DNA of 64,000 nucleotides from Candidatus Nanoarchaeia archaeon (GCA_028718805.1 JAQUKY010000001.1:80384-144383); one strand, 5' to 3'; positions 8,863 through 18,341 are shown, counted from the stretch's first letter. A program made the numbers and translations. Notes: generated by a model not told the origin, from the letters alone.

Positions 8863-10164
8863 TTATTTTAATTCATCAGTACTAACTATCCCTTTATCTA
8901 CCATTTCTTTAACAGCATCGTAAATAGAAGGCATTTTTTCTGCTCTATCTCCATTTAAATATCTAATTGCTTTGCCGGCACTTGCATCATCATCCCAGAT
9001 AAACTGCATAGCAGCTATTCTTCCAGGATATTCTTTTTTAGGGTCTTTTTCATAAGTTTTTTTTACAAGCCTTTGCCCTATTCCTCCCCTGAATACATCA
9101 GTGAGTTGTTCTGTTGATATTCCGGTATTTACAAGATAGTGTAATCCTGACAAAATATCTGGTGCGTCTAGAGAACCTATGACTGTTTTCCCCCTGCGTG
9201 CTGAATCTATTGCTGTCTCTGCAATTTCATACCTGCTTATGTCATCTAAATAGACTACATTTGGGTTGAATTGCTCTACTATTTTGGATATATTTTCAGG
9301 ATCTGTGTATTTTAGATTTGTGTCAACATGGTGGATTCCATCAGGTGTTCTCTCTCCACCAAATGCAACGATGAATTTGTCTGGGCGATTTACAATATCC
9401 AGGAGATTATGTGCGGTTGTGGTTTTTCCCTCACCAGGAAGCCCTGCAATAACTACTAACCCTCCTCCTTCTTTAAACAAGTCTTTTTTTATCTTCTCTT
9501 TTTTATCTTCTTCAAAAATAGAATTTTGATATTCTTTGTAGAATATCTTTACCCTATACTGATCTCCAAAAGGGGATTCTATTTTTGAAATTGTTAAAAT
9601 ATTTTTTGTAGTCTGTTTATTTCCTATCTCTCCCTTTACTGTTAATTCCTTCTGGGCTGTTTCTCCATATTTTAATAGCTTTGTTGCTTGAACATTTGTC
9701 TTTTTTCTAAGCCATTTTCCTGTTATAATTTTCTCTTCTTTAAGTTTTCCGAAAATGTTCTCAAGTTCTCCACCTAAAGCTTCGCCTATATGCCTTGGCG
9801 GAGGCACCATTTCATAGATAGTTCCCTGTATCTTATATCTCATTTTCATTTCATACTGAAAATTTTCAAAATAAATGTCACTTGCTCTGTCTCTTATAGC
9901 CTGCAAAAGAACTGAATTAAGTAATTTTTTAATTGGGTCGCCTTCTGCTAATACTTTTAATTCATCAAGGTCTACAGAATCATTTCTAAACATGCTCTCT
10001 ATCTCTCTTCCGGCTTCTGCTAATTCAGCAGCGGTTTCTTCAATATCTTCTATTATTTTTTTATCTTCCTCGTCACTGTCTTCGACTACTTCGAAGTAAG
10101 GAAAATTATATACTTCTTGATTATTTCCTTTTTCTCTTGGTTTACTATCTTCATCCATTTTCAA
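8863..10164 (-). CDS. GspE/PilB/PilT-superfamily secretion-ATPase-like protein with degenerate motifs
   Basis: LLNSVLLQAIRDRASDIYFE...MRYKIQGTIYE resembles the GspE N2 region. Walker A variant GLPGEGKTTT. The Walker B/His-box positions read VYLDDIS and GSLDAP instead of canonical residues. Confidence 0.55.
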   Translation of the reverse strand: MKMDEDSKPREKGNNQEVYNFPYFEVVEDSDEEDKKIIEDIEETAAELAEAGREIESMFRNDSVDLDELKVLAEGDPIKKLLNSVLLQAIRDRASDIYFENFQYEMKMRYKIQGTIYEMVPPPRHIGEALGGELENIFGKLKEEKIITGKWLRKKTNVQATKLLKYGETAQKELTVKGEIGNKQTTKNILTISKIESPFGDQYRVKIFYKEYQNSIFEEDKKEKIKKDLFKEGGGLVVIAGLPGEGKTTTAHNLLDIVNRPDKFIVAFGGERTPDGIHHVDTNLKYTDPENISKIVEQFNPNVVYLDDISRYEIAETAIDSARRGKTVIGSLDAPDILSGLHYLVNTGISTEQLTDVFRGGIGQRLVKKTYEKDPKKEYPGRIAAMQFIWDDDASAGKAIRYLNGDRAEKMPSIYDAVKEMVDKGIVSTDELK

Positions 10165-10223
10165 AATATCACAGAACTCTTTTTTTTAATACAGAATATA
10201 TTAAGAGCTTCATATTTATAAAT

Positions 10224-11114
10224 TTATTGGGTTGTCACAATTACTTTTCCTTTTTCAATTATAATTGTGTGCTCTGCCTGGCTGACAGGCTTATGGGAGG
10301 TTTCAATTAACTGAGGATAATTTTTTATTATCCCCTGCTGTTCTAATTCTCTTAATGCAATTCTTGCTCCTGGGAACTTTTCCTGCACTTCCCTTAGTGA
10401 AAAAGGCAGGGTTTGATATTTCTCAAAAACATATTCTAATATCTTTCGTGCATTCGGGCTTCTTGGTGTTTTTGGATTTTCAATCCTGTATATATTACTT
10501 GAGCCTCCTTCGTAGATTCTTCCTTCTCCTGTTGTTGCAAAAGGCTCAATTGCATAAGCACCTTCTTTTAATTTATTTTTATTACCATTTGCATAATTTG
10601 GGATTGTGATTCCTGCGTGAAGGTTGTATTGACTTAAGCTGTGGCCTGAAAGGTTGATTATAGGAGAAAATTTTTTGTTTTCAATTGTTTCCTTTATTGT
10701 TTTCCCAATTTCATTTAGTGTTGTTTCTGGATTTTGTTTTAATTTCTTCAGAGCATTTTCCAGTGCTTCTTCACTTGCTTTAATTAAGTCTTTATATTTA
10801 TTGTCCGGAGTTAAATCCAGAGAAAAAGCAGTATCTGCAATATATCCGTTGAAATGAACCCCTATATCTACTTTTAATAATCCTTCTGCTTTTGATTCAT
10901 CTTCTTTTATCGGGTGATAGTGAGCAGCAATATCATTTACAGCAAGATTAACAGGAAAAGCAGGAATAGCATTTAAGTCCTCTATTTTTTTATGTATTTT
11001 TTCAGCAATTTCCAATAGAGGCATGCCTGGTTTTATTATTTCCTTAGCATAAGCTACAGCTTTCTTTGCAATTTCCCCTGCTTTAATGTAATTTGCCAGT
11101 TCTTGTTTATCCAT
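10224..11114 (-). CDS. map: Methionine aminopeptidase, type 2 (archaeal)
   Basis: Metal-ligand contexts VDIGVHFNGYIADTAF, GHSLSQYNLHAG, YAIEPFATTG and AEHTIII. Confidence 0.9.
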   Translation of the reverse strand: MDKQELANYIKAGEIAKKAVAYAKEIIKPGMPLLEIAEKIHKKIEDLNAIPAFPVNLAVNDIAAHYHPIKEDESKAEGLLKVDIGVHFNGYIADTAFSLDLTPDNKYKDLIKASEEALENALKKLKQNPETTLNEIGKTIKETIENKKFSPIINLSGHSLSQYNLHAGITIPNYANGNKNKLKEGAYAIEPFATTGEGRIYEGGSSNIYRIENPKTPRSPNARKILEYVFEKYQTLPFSLREVQEKFPGARIALRELEQQGIIKNYPQLIETSHKPVSQAEHTIIIEKGKVIVTTQ

Positions 11115-11174
11115 ATTTTATTGGGTTCTTTCAGGTATATAAATGTTTAAAAAATAACTTATTTTAAGCTTTTT

Positions 11175-12212
11175 ATGGTTGAAGACGTATGTAAACCTTA
11201 TTATAAAGGGGTATGGAAAACTACAAAGAGGGTTTGTGGTGAACTGGTGAGTGCTATTTTTATCTGTCCTGTTAGTTATCTGTTAAGGACTCCTTTAAAT
11301 TATGTTGTTAAACATTCTGATGAATATAAAGAAAAAGTCGGGAAAATTGAAAATTTAGAAAATGAAAAAAGCGGCCTGATAGAAAAAATCCATGAAGAGA
11401 CCAGATTAAGAGAGGAAGCCTGCTTTGACTCAACAAAAAAACAGGGAGAAATAGATAAACTTAAGAGAGAGCTGTCATATGAGCAGGAGAGAGCAAGCAA
11501 TCTGGAGATAGATCTAATAAAGACGATTCCGGATGCCAGAAAATTGTTATTAGAGGCACAGCAAATTTGCAGGGAGATTAAAACTCCAGCAGAAGTTATA
11601 GAGACAAGGGCAGAGTTGAACAAGAGCAGACATGATGATTATGCCAAATGGAGAGAATCTGAACTTGCGCCATACAAAAAAAGAACAGAACTGGCTGAAA
11701 AAGAAGCAGTTGCTCTGAGAAGTTTTTCAAATAAAGCTAAGAATATCCCTCTTTTTGAAAAACTGAACAATGACAGAGTGCCTTTTGCTTATTATAATTT
11801 TGGAAGCAAGAATCTGTATTATACAAAAGCTACTCTTAAATTTTTTGATTTTGACCAGGATTACTATGAGAATTTCAGCTTAAGCAAACTGCTGAGGTGC
11901 ATAAGAAAAGAGGATTTAGAAGATACTGAAGAAAGAAGAGGGATTTTGTATTCATTAAGAAAAGGAGTTAGATTGAATCATTATAAAGCAAAAACTTCTG
12001 GAAAAAATCCTAAAGAGTTGATATTGACAACCTATCCATTTGTTTACGATAACAGGCCTGTTGGGATTGCAATGTTTTTGCATGACACTAAGCTCAGTTT
12101 AAGCGCAATCAAATTTAGGATTTACTGCAAAAGTTTCGAGAAAAATTTTGAAGAGTTAAGCAAAGAATTTAAGGAGATAAAGATGAATCTTAGAAAAGAT
12201 ACCAGGACTTAA
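11175..12212 (+). CDS. Hypothetical coiled-coil protein (345 aa)
   Basis: Long ORF with a heptad-rich central region; no enzymatic motif. Confidence 0.45.
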   Translation: MVEDVCKPYYKGVWKTTKRVCGELVSAIFICPVSYLLRTPLNYVVKHSDEYKEKVGKIENLENEKSGLIEKIHEETRLREEACFDSTKKQGEIDKLKRELSYEQERASNLEIDLIKTIPDARKLLLEAQQICREIKTPAEVIETRAELNKSRHDDYAKWRESELAPYKKRTELAEKEAVALRSFSNKAKNIPLFEKLNNDRVPFAYYNFGSKNLYYTKATLKFFDFDQDYYENFSLSKLLRCIRKEDLEDTEERRGILYSLRKGVRLNHYKAKTSGKNPKELILTTYPFVYDNRPVGIAMFLHDTKLSLSAIKFRIYCKSFEKNFEELSKEFKEIKMNLRKDTRT

Positions 12213-12224
12213 TCCTTTAATCTC

Positions 12225-12668
12225 CTATTTTACTCTTCGCTCCCTTGGAACGAAGTTAGCGATTCTTTCGCCTGTAGATTTTCCACATCCAAGGAATTCG
12301 TTATTGTTTTTTAGTATTAGAAATCCTCTTTTTGTCTGGATATCCAGGTCATTCCCTCTTAACCAATCTTCTGCCTGATTATCATCAATTTCTATAATAT
12401 TTTTTGTAATCTGCTGCTTAAGAATCTGAATTCCATCCAAAGTTAATCTTATCCCATCTTTTTCTTCTTTTGCAAAGTATAATCCTATGTTTTCAATGTT
12501 TAATTTGGAGGCAAGAGTATTGAGCTCTTCATTTGACAGGCTTCCTGAATAAATTCTTATTTTATCTTCCCCAAATTTAATAAGAAGGTATGGAAGTTTG
12601 GATATTCCATACTGCTCATTGAGTTTTTCGATTATTTTCTTTTTTTCAGATGAATAAATGATTTTCAT
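12225..12668 (-). CDS. Putative PUA/NIP7-like RNA-binding protein
   Basis: Size (147 aa) and C-terminal GFLILKNNNEFLGCGKSTGERIANFVPRERR resemble pre-PUA/PUA proteins. Tentative. Confidence 0.35.
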   Translation of the reverse strand: MKIIYSSEKKKIIEKLNEQYGISKLPYLLIKFGEDKIRIYSGSLSNEELNTLASKLNIENIGLYFAKEEKDGIRLTLDGIQILKQQITKNIIEIDDNQAEDWLRGNDLDIQTKRGFLILKNNNEFLGCGKSTGERIANFVPRERRVK

Positions 12669-12684
12669 ATTTTTGTTTGTTTTT

Positions 12685-12774
12685 AGTAATTTATTAAACG
12701 ATTTTAATATGGATTCTGTTCATTAAGCTTATTATGATTGCTCCTTATTTTCTTAGTTTTATTTATTATTGGTT
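12685..12774 (-). repeat. Intergenic cassette copy D
   Basis: AGTAATTTATTAAACGATTTTAAT...GATTGCTCC...TAGTTTTATTTATTATTGG. Its right arm abuts the stop codon of the upstream gene. Confidence 0.7.
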
Positions 12775-13449
12775 TCATTTTAATTTTTCAAACTCCTTTT
12801 CCATGAACTCGTTAAATGTCATCTGGTAATATTTTCCATATTCTTTTGATACTCTTGTTCTTGGCCTGTACATGTCAAGAAAATCTACAACATCCGCCTT
12901 AAAATCATTATGTTTAATCCCCTGCATTGCTTTTAAAAATACTTCTGGGTGAATAACTGCAGAACCCATATTAATATAATGAAAAGGTTTCTGGAATCTT
13001 TCTTTAAGAAGTTTAAAATCCTTATTAGACCTGTTTGCTATCAGCCCCCAATCATCAGAAAGCAATTGCCAGTAATCGCAGGGCAGGGCTGTGAACAAAA
13101 GAACAGGGATATTTTTGTCTTCACAAAGCCTGGCAAGGGAACCTTCCGGAGCTGGTTTTTCTCCCCTTAACCAATCCCATAAATATAATCCTGAGTATTC
13201 TATTTTTTTAAGTGATTTATTTAATTCTGTTATTGGTACAGAGGTATATCCTTCTAAAGCCAGCTGAAAATCATGGAATAATGCTCCCCCATTATAGATA
13301 ATCATTTCTATATCATCAATGTTTTCTTTTAAGTGTTCATGTGCTCCTGTTTTTACAACTGCCCCGCCTATACCAATTATTTTTTTCATTTTTGCATTTT
13401 CCATGTTAATTAAACCATTTAGAATATTCAAATCTTTCTCTCCCTTCAT
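12775..13449 (-). CDS. Hypothetical protein (possible Rossmann-like fold)
   Basis: KKIIGIGGAVVKTG is a glycine-rich start. Distant resemblance to deoxyhypusine-synthase-like proteins is not convincing. Confidence 0.4.
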   Translation of the reverse strand: MKGEKDLNILNGLINMENAKMKKIIGIGGAVVKTGAHEHLKENIDDIEMIIYNGGALFHDFQLALEGYTSVPITELNKSLKKIEYSGLYLWDWLRGEKPAPEGSLARLCEDKNIPVLLFTALPCDYWQLLSDDWGLIANRSNKDFKLLKERFQKPFHYINMGSAVIHPEVFLKAMQGIKHNDFKADVVDFLDMYRPRTRVSKEYGKYYQMTFNEFMEKEFEKLK

Positions 13450-13981
13450 GAATAGTGATTATTGGAAGGCCTGCGTTTATGCATTGTATGTTCATCAGGA
13501 TTCTTCCAACCCTCCCATTGCCGTCTGTAAAAGGATGAAGTTTTTCAAAAACTATATGTTGTTTTTTAATATCATCATAACCTGCCACTTTTTTATAAGA
13601 GGTAATCCAGTTGTCAAGCTTTTTTATTAATTCTGTTTCAGAGTGTTTGGGTATCCTGTCATATTCTATATAAATTGCACCATAAAGCTGGTCATTACCG
13701 GCCGGGAAAATTGTTTTCAGGGCCCCGATATTAGCAGCGCAATCCCTTAATTTTCCTGCAATTTTTGGGTTAATCCTTTGCATCAGTATCTTATGAATGT
13801 TCAGGATGTAATCAACTGTGATAGCATCTTTATGCTTAACAGCATAAATCCATGACTTTTTAGAGTCTTCCAGAGCTTCTTCTGAATACTCCTCTTCAAT
13901 ATAATTTGAATTTCTTAGGAATTCTACAATTTCCCAGGCTATTTTTTCTTCAAGCTTTTTTCCTTGTTTTTGCTTTATCAT
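13406..13981 (-). CDS. Fic-domain protein (AMPylase family)
   Basis: Canonical Fic motif HPFTDGNGRVGR (HPFxxGNGRxxR). N-terminal SNYIEEE resembles the inhibitory (S/T)xxxE(G/N) helix. Confidence 0.85.
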   Translation of the reverse strand: MIKQKQGKKLEEKIAWEIVEFLRNSNYIEEEYSEEALEDSKKSWIYAVKHKDAITVDYILNIHKILMQRINPKIAGKLRDCAANIGALKTIFPAGNDQLYGAIYIEYDRIPKHSETELIKKLDNWITSYKKVAGYDDIKKQHIVFEKLHPFTDGNGRVGRILMNIQCINAGLPIITIHEGRERFEYSKWFN

Positions 13982-14946
13982 TTTAATTTTTTTATCTTGC
14001 AGACAAAAAATCCCTCCATGTCATTGTCATGATGATAAATCCTGCATGCTTTTTGGATTTCTTCGCTGAATTTTTTATTTTTCCATTTTGTTATTCCTGG
14101 CCTGCTTTTTATTGGCAGTTTAATTGTTTCGATTTTTATCTTATCTTTATAAGTGTTCAATAGGTGCTGTATAACTTCTTCATTTTCTTCAGGAGCATAA
14201 GAGCAGGTACTATAAACCATCTCTCCATTTTCTTCTAAAAGCTGAAATGCAGCTTCTGCTATTCTTTTTTGTTTGCCTGATAATTTGTTTAAAAGTCCTT
14301 CACTCCAGTTAAGATAAGTGCTTGGGCTTAGTCTTATGTTTCCTTCTCCTGAACATGGAGCATCAACTAAAATTTTATTAAACTTCATGTTTAGCTCTTT
14401 TAATTTTTTAGACAATTGCAGGAAGTCATGCCTTGTTATTATTGTGTTGGTTATTCCCTGCCTTTCTAGATTTGCAGAAAGAATTGAAATCCTCCCTATT
14501 GACAGGTCATTTGCAATGATTATACCTTTATTTTCCATTAAAGCAGCTGCCTGGGTTGTCTTGCTTCCCGGAGCTGCGCAACAATCCAGAAAAATATCAT
14601 TTTTGTCAAGGTTTAATGCGATTACCGGCATCATAGAAGTAATTTCCTGGATATAATAATAACCTAAAAGATGCTCTTTTGTTTTTCCCGATTCTCCTGG
14701 CTGTAAACTACTTTCTATAATCATAATTTCTTTTTGACCTGGAAGAGGTTGAGAGATTTTCCAGCCTTTTTCTTCAAGCCTTTTTATCAATTCTTCTGGC
14801 GAAATTTTTATTGTATTGCATCTAAAAGCCTTTTTTGGCTGTGTCTTAGCTGATTCAAAAAAAACTTTTATGTCTTCTTTATTATCATTCAGCAACTTGC
14901 TTATTCTTTCTACAAATGCAGGTTTTGGTTCATAATTTGTTTTCAT
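13978..14946 (-). CDS. NOL1/NOP2/Sun-family RNA (cytosine-C5) methyltransferase
   Basis: SAM motif DCCAAPGSKT, catalytic Cys motifs VDAPCSGEG and YSTCS. Confidence 0.9.
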   Translation of the reverse strand: MKTNYEPKPAFVERISKLLNDNKEDIKVFFESAKTQPKKAFRCNTIKISPEELIKRLEEKGWKISQPLPGQKEIMIIESSLQPGESGKTKEHLLGYYYIQEITSMMPVIALNLDKNDIFLDCCAAPGSKTTQAAALMENKGIIIANDLSIGRISILSANLERQGITNTIITRHDFLQLSKKLKELNMKFNKILVDAPCSGEGNIRLSPSTYLNWSEGLLNKLSGKQKRIAEAAFQLLEENGEMVYSTCSYAPEENEEVIQHLLNTYKDKIKIETIKLPIKSRPGITKWKNKKFSEEIQKACRIYHHDNDMEGFFVCKIKKLK

Positions 14947-15160
14947 TTTATATTGAAAACAAATATCTTCTTAAATTAATCGATTTGAATTTTGATAATT
15001 TTTAGTAATTCTTAAAGACGATTTAAGGCAGGATTTAGCAGAACAAGCTTGGTGTGAGATTTTTTTATTATATGGGCCTTTTGTAATTTAATATTAAATA
15101 AAGTTAAAGATTATAATCTTTCTCATAAATCCTTTTAAATCTAGGATAAATCTTAAAAAT

Positions 15161-15523
15161 ATGACGAATGCAGATACTACTAAAAACTCAAATGATGTTT
15201 TGTATAGCCTGAGTGCCACACTACTTAGGATTGAAGAACCATATGTTATAGCTTCAATAAATGAAAGAGGAAAGGAGGAAGAAATATATATTAAGGATAT
15301 ACCTTCTTTTGAAAAATCAAATGTTTTAGATGTTGGGAGCCCGTTTTTTTATCAGATTTGCAGAAATAAAAGAAATAATATTTATTGCAGGGTTGTTCTA
15401 GATTCTTTAAAAGAAGACGAGCAGCCAAAAATAGACAAGGATCTCGCTTTAATTTTAGATGAATTAGAATTAAGAGATAGAAAGCTTCTAGAAAAAATTA
15501 TTAAGCATAATCCTGGTGGTTAA
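15161..15523 (+). CDS. Hypothetical protein (120 aa)
   Basis: ORF only. Confidence 0.4.
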   Translation: MTNADTTKNSNDVLYSLSATLLRIEEPYVIASINERGKEEEIYIKDIPSFEKSNVLDVGSPFFYQICRNKRNNIYCRVVLDSLKEDEQPKIDKDLALILDELELRDRKLLEKIIKHNPGG

Positions 15524-15543
15524 TGGGTATTATATGTTAAACA

Positions 15544-16818
15544 ATGGTAAAAATCGGCATAATTGGGGGAAGCGGGTTGGATGACCCTAAATTATTGCAG
15601 GATTATTCTGAAAAAGAAATAGACACTAAATACGGAAAACCAAGTTCCAAGATAACCCATGGAAAACTTTCCGGAGCAGAGGTATATATTATTGCAAGAC
15701 ATGGGAAAACCCATAATATCCCCCCTGCTGCTGTAAATTACAGGGCTAATATTGCTGCATTGAAGTTATTAGGATGCGATTATATTATTACAACAAGTGC
15801 AGTAGGCTCATTAAAAGAAGACATTGAACCAGGAGATCTGGTTTTTCCTGATCAGTTTATTGATTTTACCAAGAAAAGGATAAATAGTTTTTATGAAGAA
15901 ATTGGAGAAGTAAATCATACCGGGATGGCAGAACCTTTTTCTGAGTTTTTGAGAGAAAGATTAATAGAAGCAACAGAAGAATTTGGTTTTAATTACCATA
16001 AAAAAGCAACAATTGTTGTGGTTGAGGGTCCGAGATTTTCTACAGAAGCAGAAAGCCATATGTTTAGGCAGTTTGGAGCAGATATTATTGGAATGACCAG
16101 TGTTCCTGAATGCACTTTGGCTAAAGAGGCAGGAATTCCTTATCAGACAATTGCTATGACTACCGATTATGATTGCTGGAGAGAAAACACTAAGTCTGTT
16201 ACATTTGAAATGGTTTTAACCAGAATGAAAGAAAATGCAGAAAAAGTAAAAAAGGTTTTGATGAGGGCAATTGAAAAAATAGCTGATTCAGACATAGATT
16301 TTATTAAAAGCAAGATAAGGACAGTCCCTGATTTTCCTAAGCCTGGAATAATGTTTAGGGATATTACAACTTTAGTAAGAGATCCAGAAGGATTTAGTAG
16401 AACAATGAAAGTTTTTGAAAATAGGTATAAAAATAAGGAAATTGATTTAATTGCGGGTATTGAATCAAGAGGATTTGTATTTGCTTCTGCTCTGGCAGCA
16501 AAATTAAATAAAGGAGTTGTTCTTTTAAGAAAACCTGGAAAGCTGCCATATAAAACAGTAGCACAGGAATATGACACAGAATACAGCAGAGACAGGATTG
16601 AAGTGCATGAAGATGCGATTGCAAAAGGGATGAATGTTTTGTTAATTGATGATTTGATTGCCACTGGTGGAAGTGCCTGGGCTGCCTGCAACTTAATTGA
16701 GAAGCTTGGGGGGAAGATTGTTGAATGCAGTTTTGTTGTTGAATTACCTGAATTAAAAGGCAGAGATAAACTGAAAAAATGGAATGTTTATTCTATTGTA
16801 AATTTTGAGGGAGGTTAA
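15544..16818 (+). CDS. Fusion: 5'-methylthioadenosine/purine nucleoside phosphorylase (N) plus adenine phosphoribosyltransferase (C)
   Basis: N half: IGIIGGSGL, ARHGKTHNIPP, VVEGPRFST, GMTSVPE. C half: PDFPKPGIMFRDIT and PRPP loop VLLIDDLIATGGS. Confidence 0.9.
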   Translation: MVKIGIIGGSGLDDPKLLQDYSEKEIDTKYGKPSSKITHGKLSGAEVYIIARHGKTHNIPPAAVNYRANIAALKLLGCDYIITTSAVGSLKEDIEPGDLVFPDQFIDFTKKRINSFYEEIGEVNHTGMAEPFSEFLRERLIEATEEFGFNYHKKATIVVVEGPRFSTEAESHMFRQFGADIIGMTSVPECTLAKEAGIPYQTIAMTTDYDCWRENTKSVTFEMVLTRMKENAEKVKKVLMRAIEKIADSDIDFIKSKIRTVPDFPKPGIMFRDITTLVRDPEGFSRTMKVFENRYKNKEIDLIAGIESRGFVFASALAAKLNKGVVLLRKPGKLPYKTVAQEYDTEYSRDRIEVHEDAIAKGMNVLLIDDLIATGGSAWAACNLIEKLGGKIVECSFVVELPELKGRDKLKKWNVYSIVNFEGG

Positions 16819-16827
16819 AATAATAAA

Positions 16828-17085
16828 ATGACAGGTAAAATAGAAGATATTTTGGGAAAAGAACCGAAAAGCATAGTTAATTATAAGGATTCACAAGAGA
16901 TGATAAATTTTATGGAAGAATTTACCGGGCTTTTACCAGAGTCAAAGATTCCAGATGCCTATAGAAGAATGGCAAAACATTATGAGAATATTGCTGGTGA
17001 TGGCACAAGAGCTGATTTTCTTAAATTAGCAGGCTATTTTCATAAAAAGGCAGAAGAGTATCAGGGAAAAGTTGATAGCGAGTAA
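16828..17085 (+). CDS. Hypothetical protein (85 aa)
   Basis: ORF 9 nt downstream of the MTAP-APRT stop. Confidence 0.4.
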   Translation: MTGKIEDILGKEPKSIVNYKDSQEMINFMEEFTGLLPESKIPDAYRRMAKHYENIAGDGTRADFLKLAGYFHKKAEEYQGKVDSE

Positions 17086-17088
17086 GAA

Positions 17089-17769
17089 TTAGATTATATC
17101 GATTATTTTTCCTATTTTAATCTTGCTTTTTAATGAATATAACTGCGGAGGCCTGTAAGAAACCTCTTTTTCTTTTTCCTCTGTTGGTTCGAGTAATTCT
17201 AAAGAAAGTATTTTTTTTCTGAAATTTCTTTTGTCAAAATTTTTTTCAAATATTATTTCATATATTTTCTGCAGTTGCGTTAGTGTAAACCTTTTTGGGA
17301 GAAAAGAGAAAGCGATTGTTGTGTATTCAAATTTCCATTTCAATCTTTTTATTGCGTATTTTAAAATTTCACTATGATCAAATGCAAGAGGAGGGAGATT
17401 TGATATTTCAAACCATTCTGCTTCTATAACATCTGTTGATGCATTTAATTTCTCTTTAGCTTTTTCAGAGTTTATTAAAGCAAAGTAAGTTACAGTAATT
17501 ACTCTTCCTCTTGGGTCTCTGCTGACATCCCCAAAAGTATAAAGTTGTTCTAAATACACTTCTTTAACTCCTGTTTCTTCTTCTAGCTCTCTTTTTGCTG
17601 CTTGTTCTAAATTTTCATGTATTTTTACAAATCCACCTGGAAAAGCCCATTTGTTTTTGAATGGTTCAACTCCTCTTTTTACAAGCAAAACTTTTAGATT
17701 ATTGTCTTTGATTGTAAAAATAACTATGTCAACTGTTACAGAAGGTCTTGGATAATCTGATAATTTCAT
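17089..17769 (-). CDS. nrtR: NrtR-like regulator: Nudix domain plus C-terminal winged-helix
   Basis: Intact Nudix box GGFVKIHENLEQAAKRELEEETGV. C-terminal FTLTQLQKIYEIIFEKNFDKRNFRKKI matches the NrtR wHTH signature as I recall it. Last gene of the NAD cluster. Confidence 0.75.
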   Translation of the reverse strand: MKLSDYPRPSVTVDIVIFTIKDNNLKVLLVKRGVEPFKNKWAFPGGFVKIHENLEQAAKRELEEETGVKEVYLEQLYTFGDVSRDPRGRVITVTYFALINSEKAKEKLNASTDVIEAEWFEISNLPPLAFDHSEILKYAIKRLKWKFEYTTIAFSFLPKRFTLTQLQKIYEIIFEKNFDKRNFRKKILSLELLEPTEEKEKEVSYRPPQLYSLKSKIKIGKIIDII

Positions 17770-18341
17770 TTGTATAGCCCCTTTTTTTGGATATATTCTT
17801 CAACTTTAAAGGGAACCATATCTTTTAAAGATTTTCCTTGCCTTATTCTTTCTCTTATTTCTGTTGAAGACTCATTATGTGTTTTAATATCTAATGCTGC
17901 CTTTATCCTCATATCTGGAATTTGCTTAATTGAATAGCCCTTTCTACTGAAAATAATAAATTCTGTTTCTTTTAATAGTTCATTTAACCCGTACCAGCTG
18001 TTATTTTCCATTTCATACAAAACGTCTGCTCCTATTACCCAATAAAACTCATGAGGATGTTTTTTCTTTAATTTTTTGATTGTTCTTATTGTATAGTTTG
18101 TTTCATTAGATTCAATTTCGGTTCTGTTTATTTTGACTTTTGGGTTATCAAATGCAAGCTGTATCATATTTATCCTGTCTTTAGCAGGAGCAAGATTCTT
18201 ATTGTACGGATGATTTTTAGAAGGGATAATCCACACTTCCTCTGCCACATGTTCTTCTAATACTGTATTTGCCATTTTTACATGATGATTATGAATAGGA
18301 TTGAAACTTCCCCCGAATAAGGCTATTTTTTTATCTGTCAT
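17766..18341 (-). CDS. nadD: Nicotinate/nicotinamide mononucleotide adenylyltransferase (NadD type)
   Basis: GGSFNPIHNHH ((H/T)xxH motif) and SSTEIRERI (ISSTxxR motif). Confidence 0.85.
   Translation of the reverse strand: MTDKKIALFGGSFNPIHNHHVKMANTVLEEHVAEEVWIIPSKNHPYNKNLAPAKDRINMIQLAFDNPKVKINRTEIESNETNYTIRTIKKLKKKHPHEFYWVIGADVLYEMENNSWYGLNELLKETEFIIFSRKGYSIKQIPDMRIKAALDIKTHNESSTEIRERIRQGKSLKDMVPFKVEEYIQKKGLYK

Noticed and set aside
12775-13449. Deoxyhypusine-synthase-like call for the 224-aa ORF.
   Set aside because: Only loose block resemblance (NIPVLLFTALPCDYW, MGSAVIHPE). The length is about 100 aa short. It stays hypothetical.
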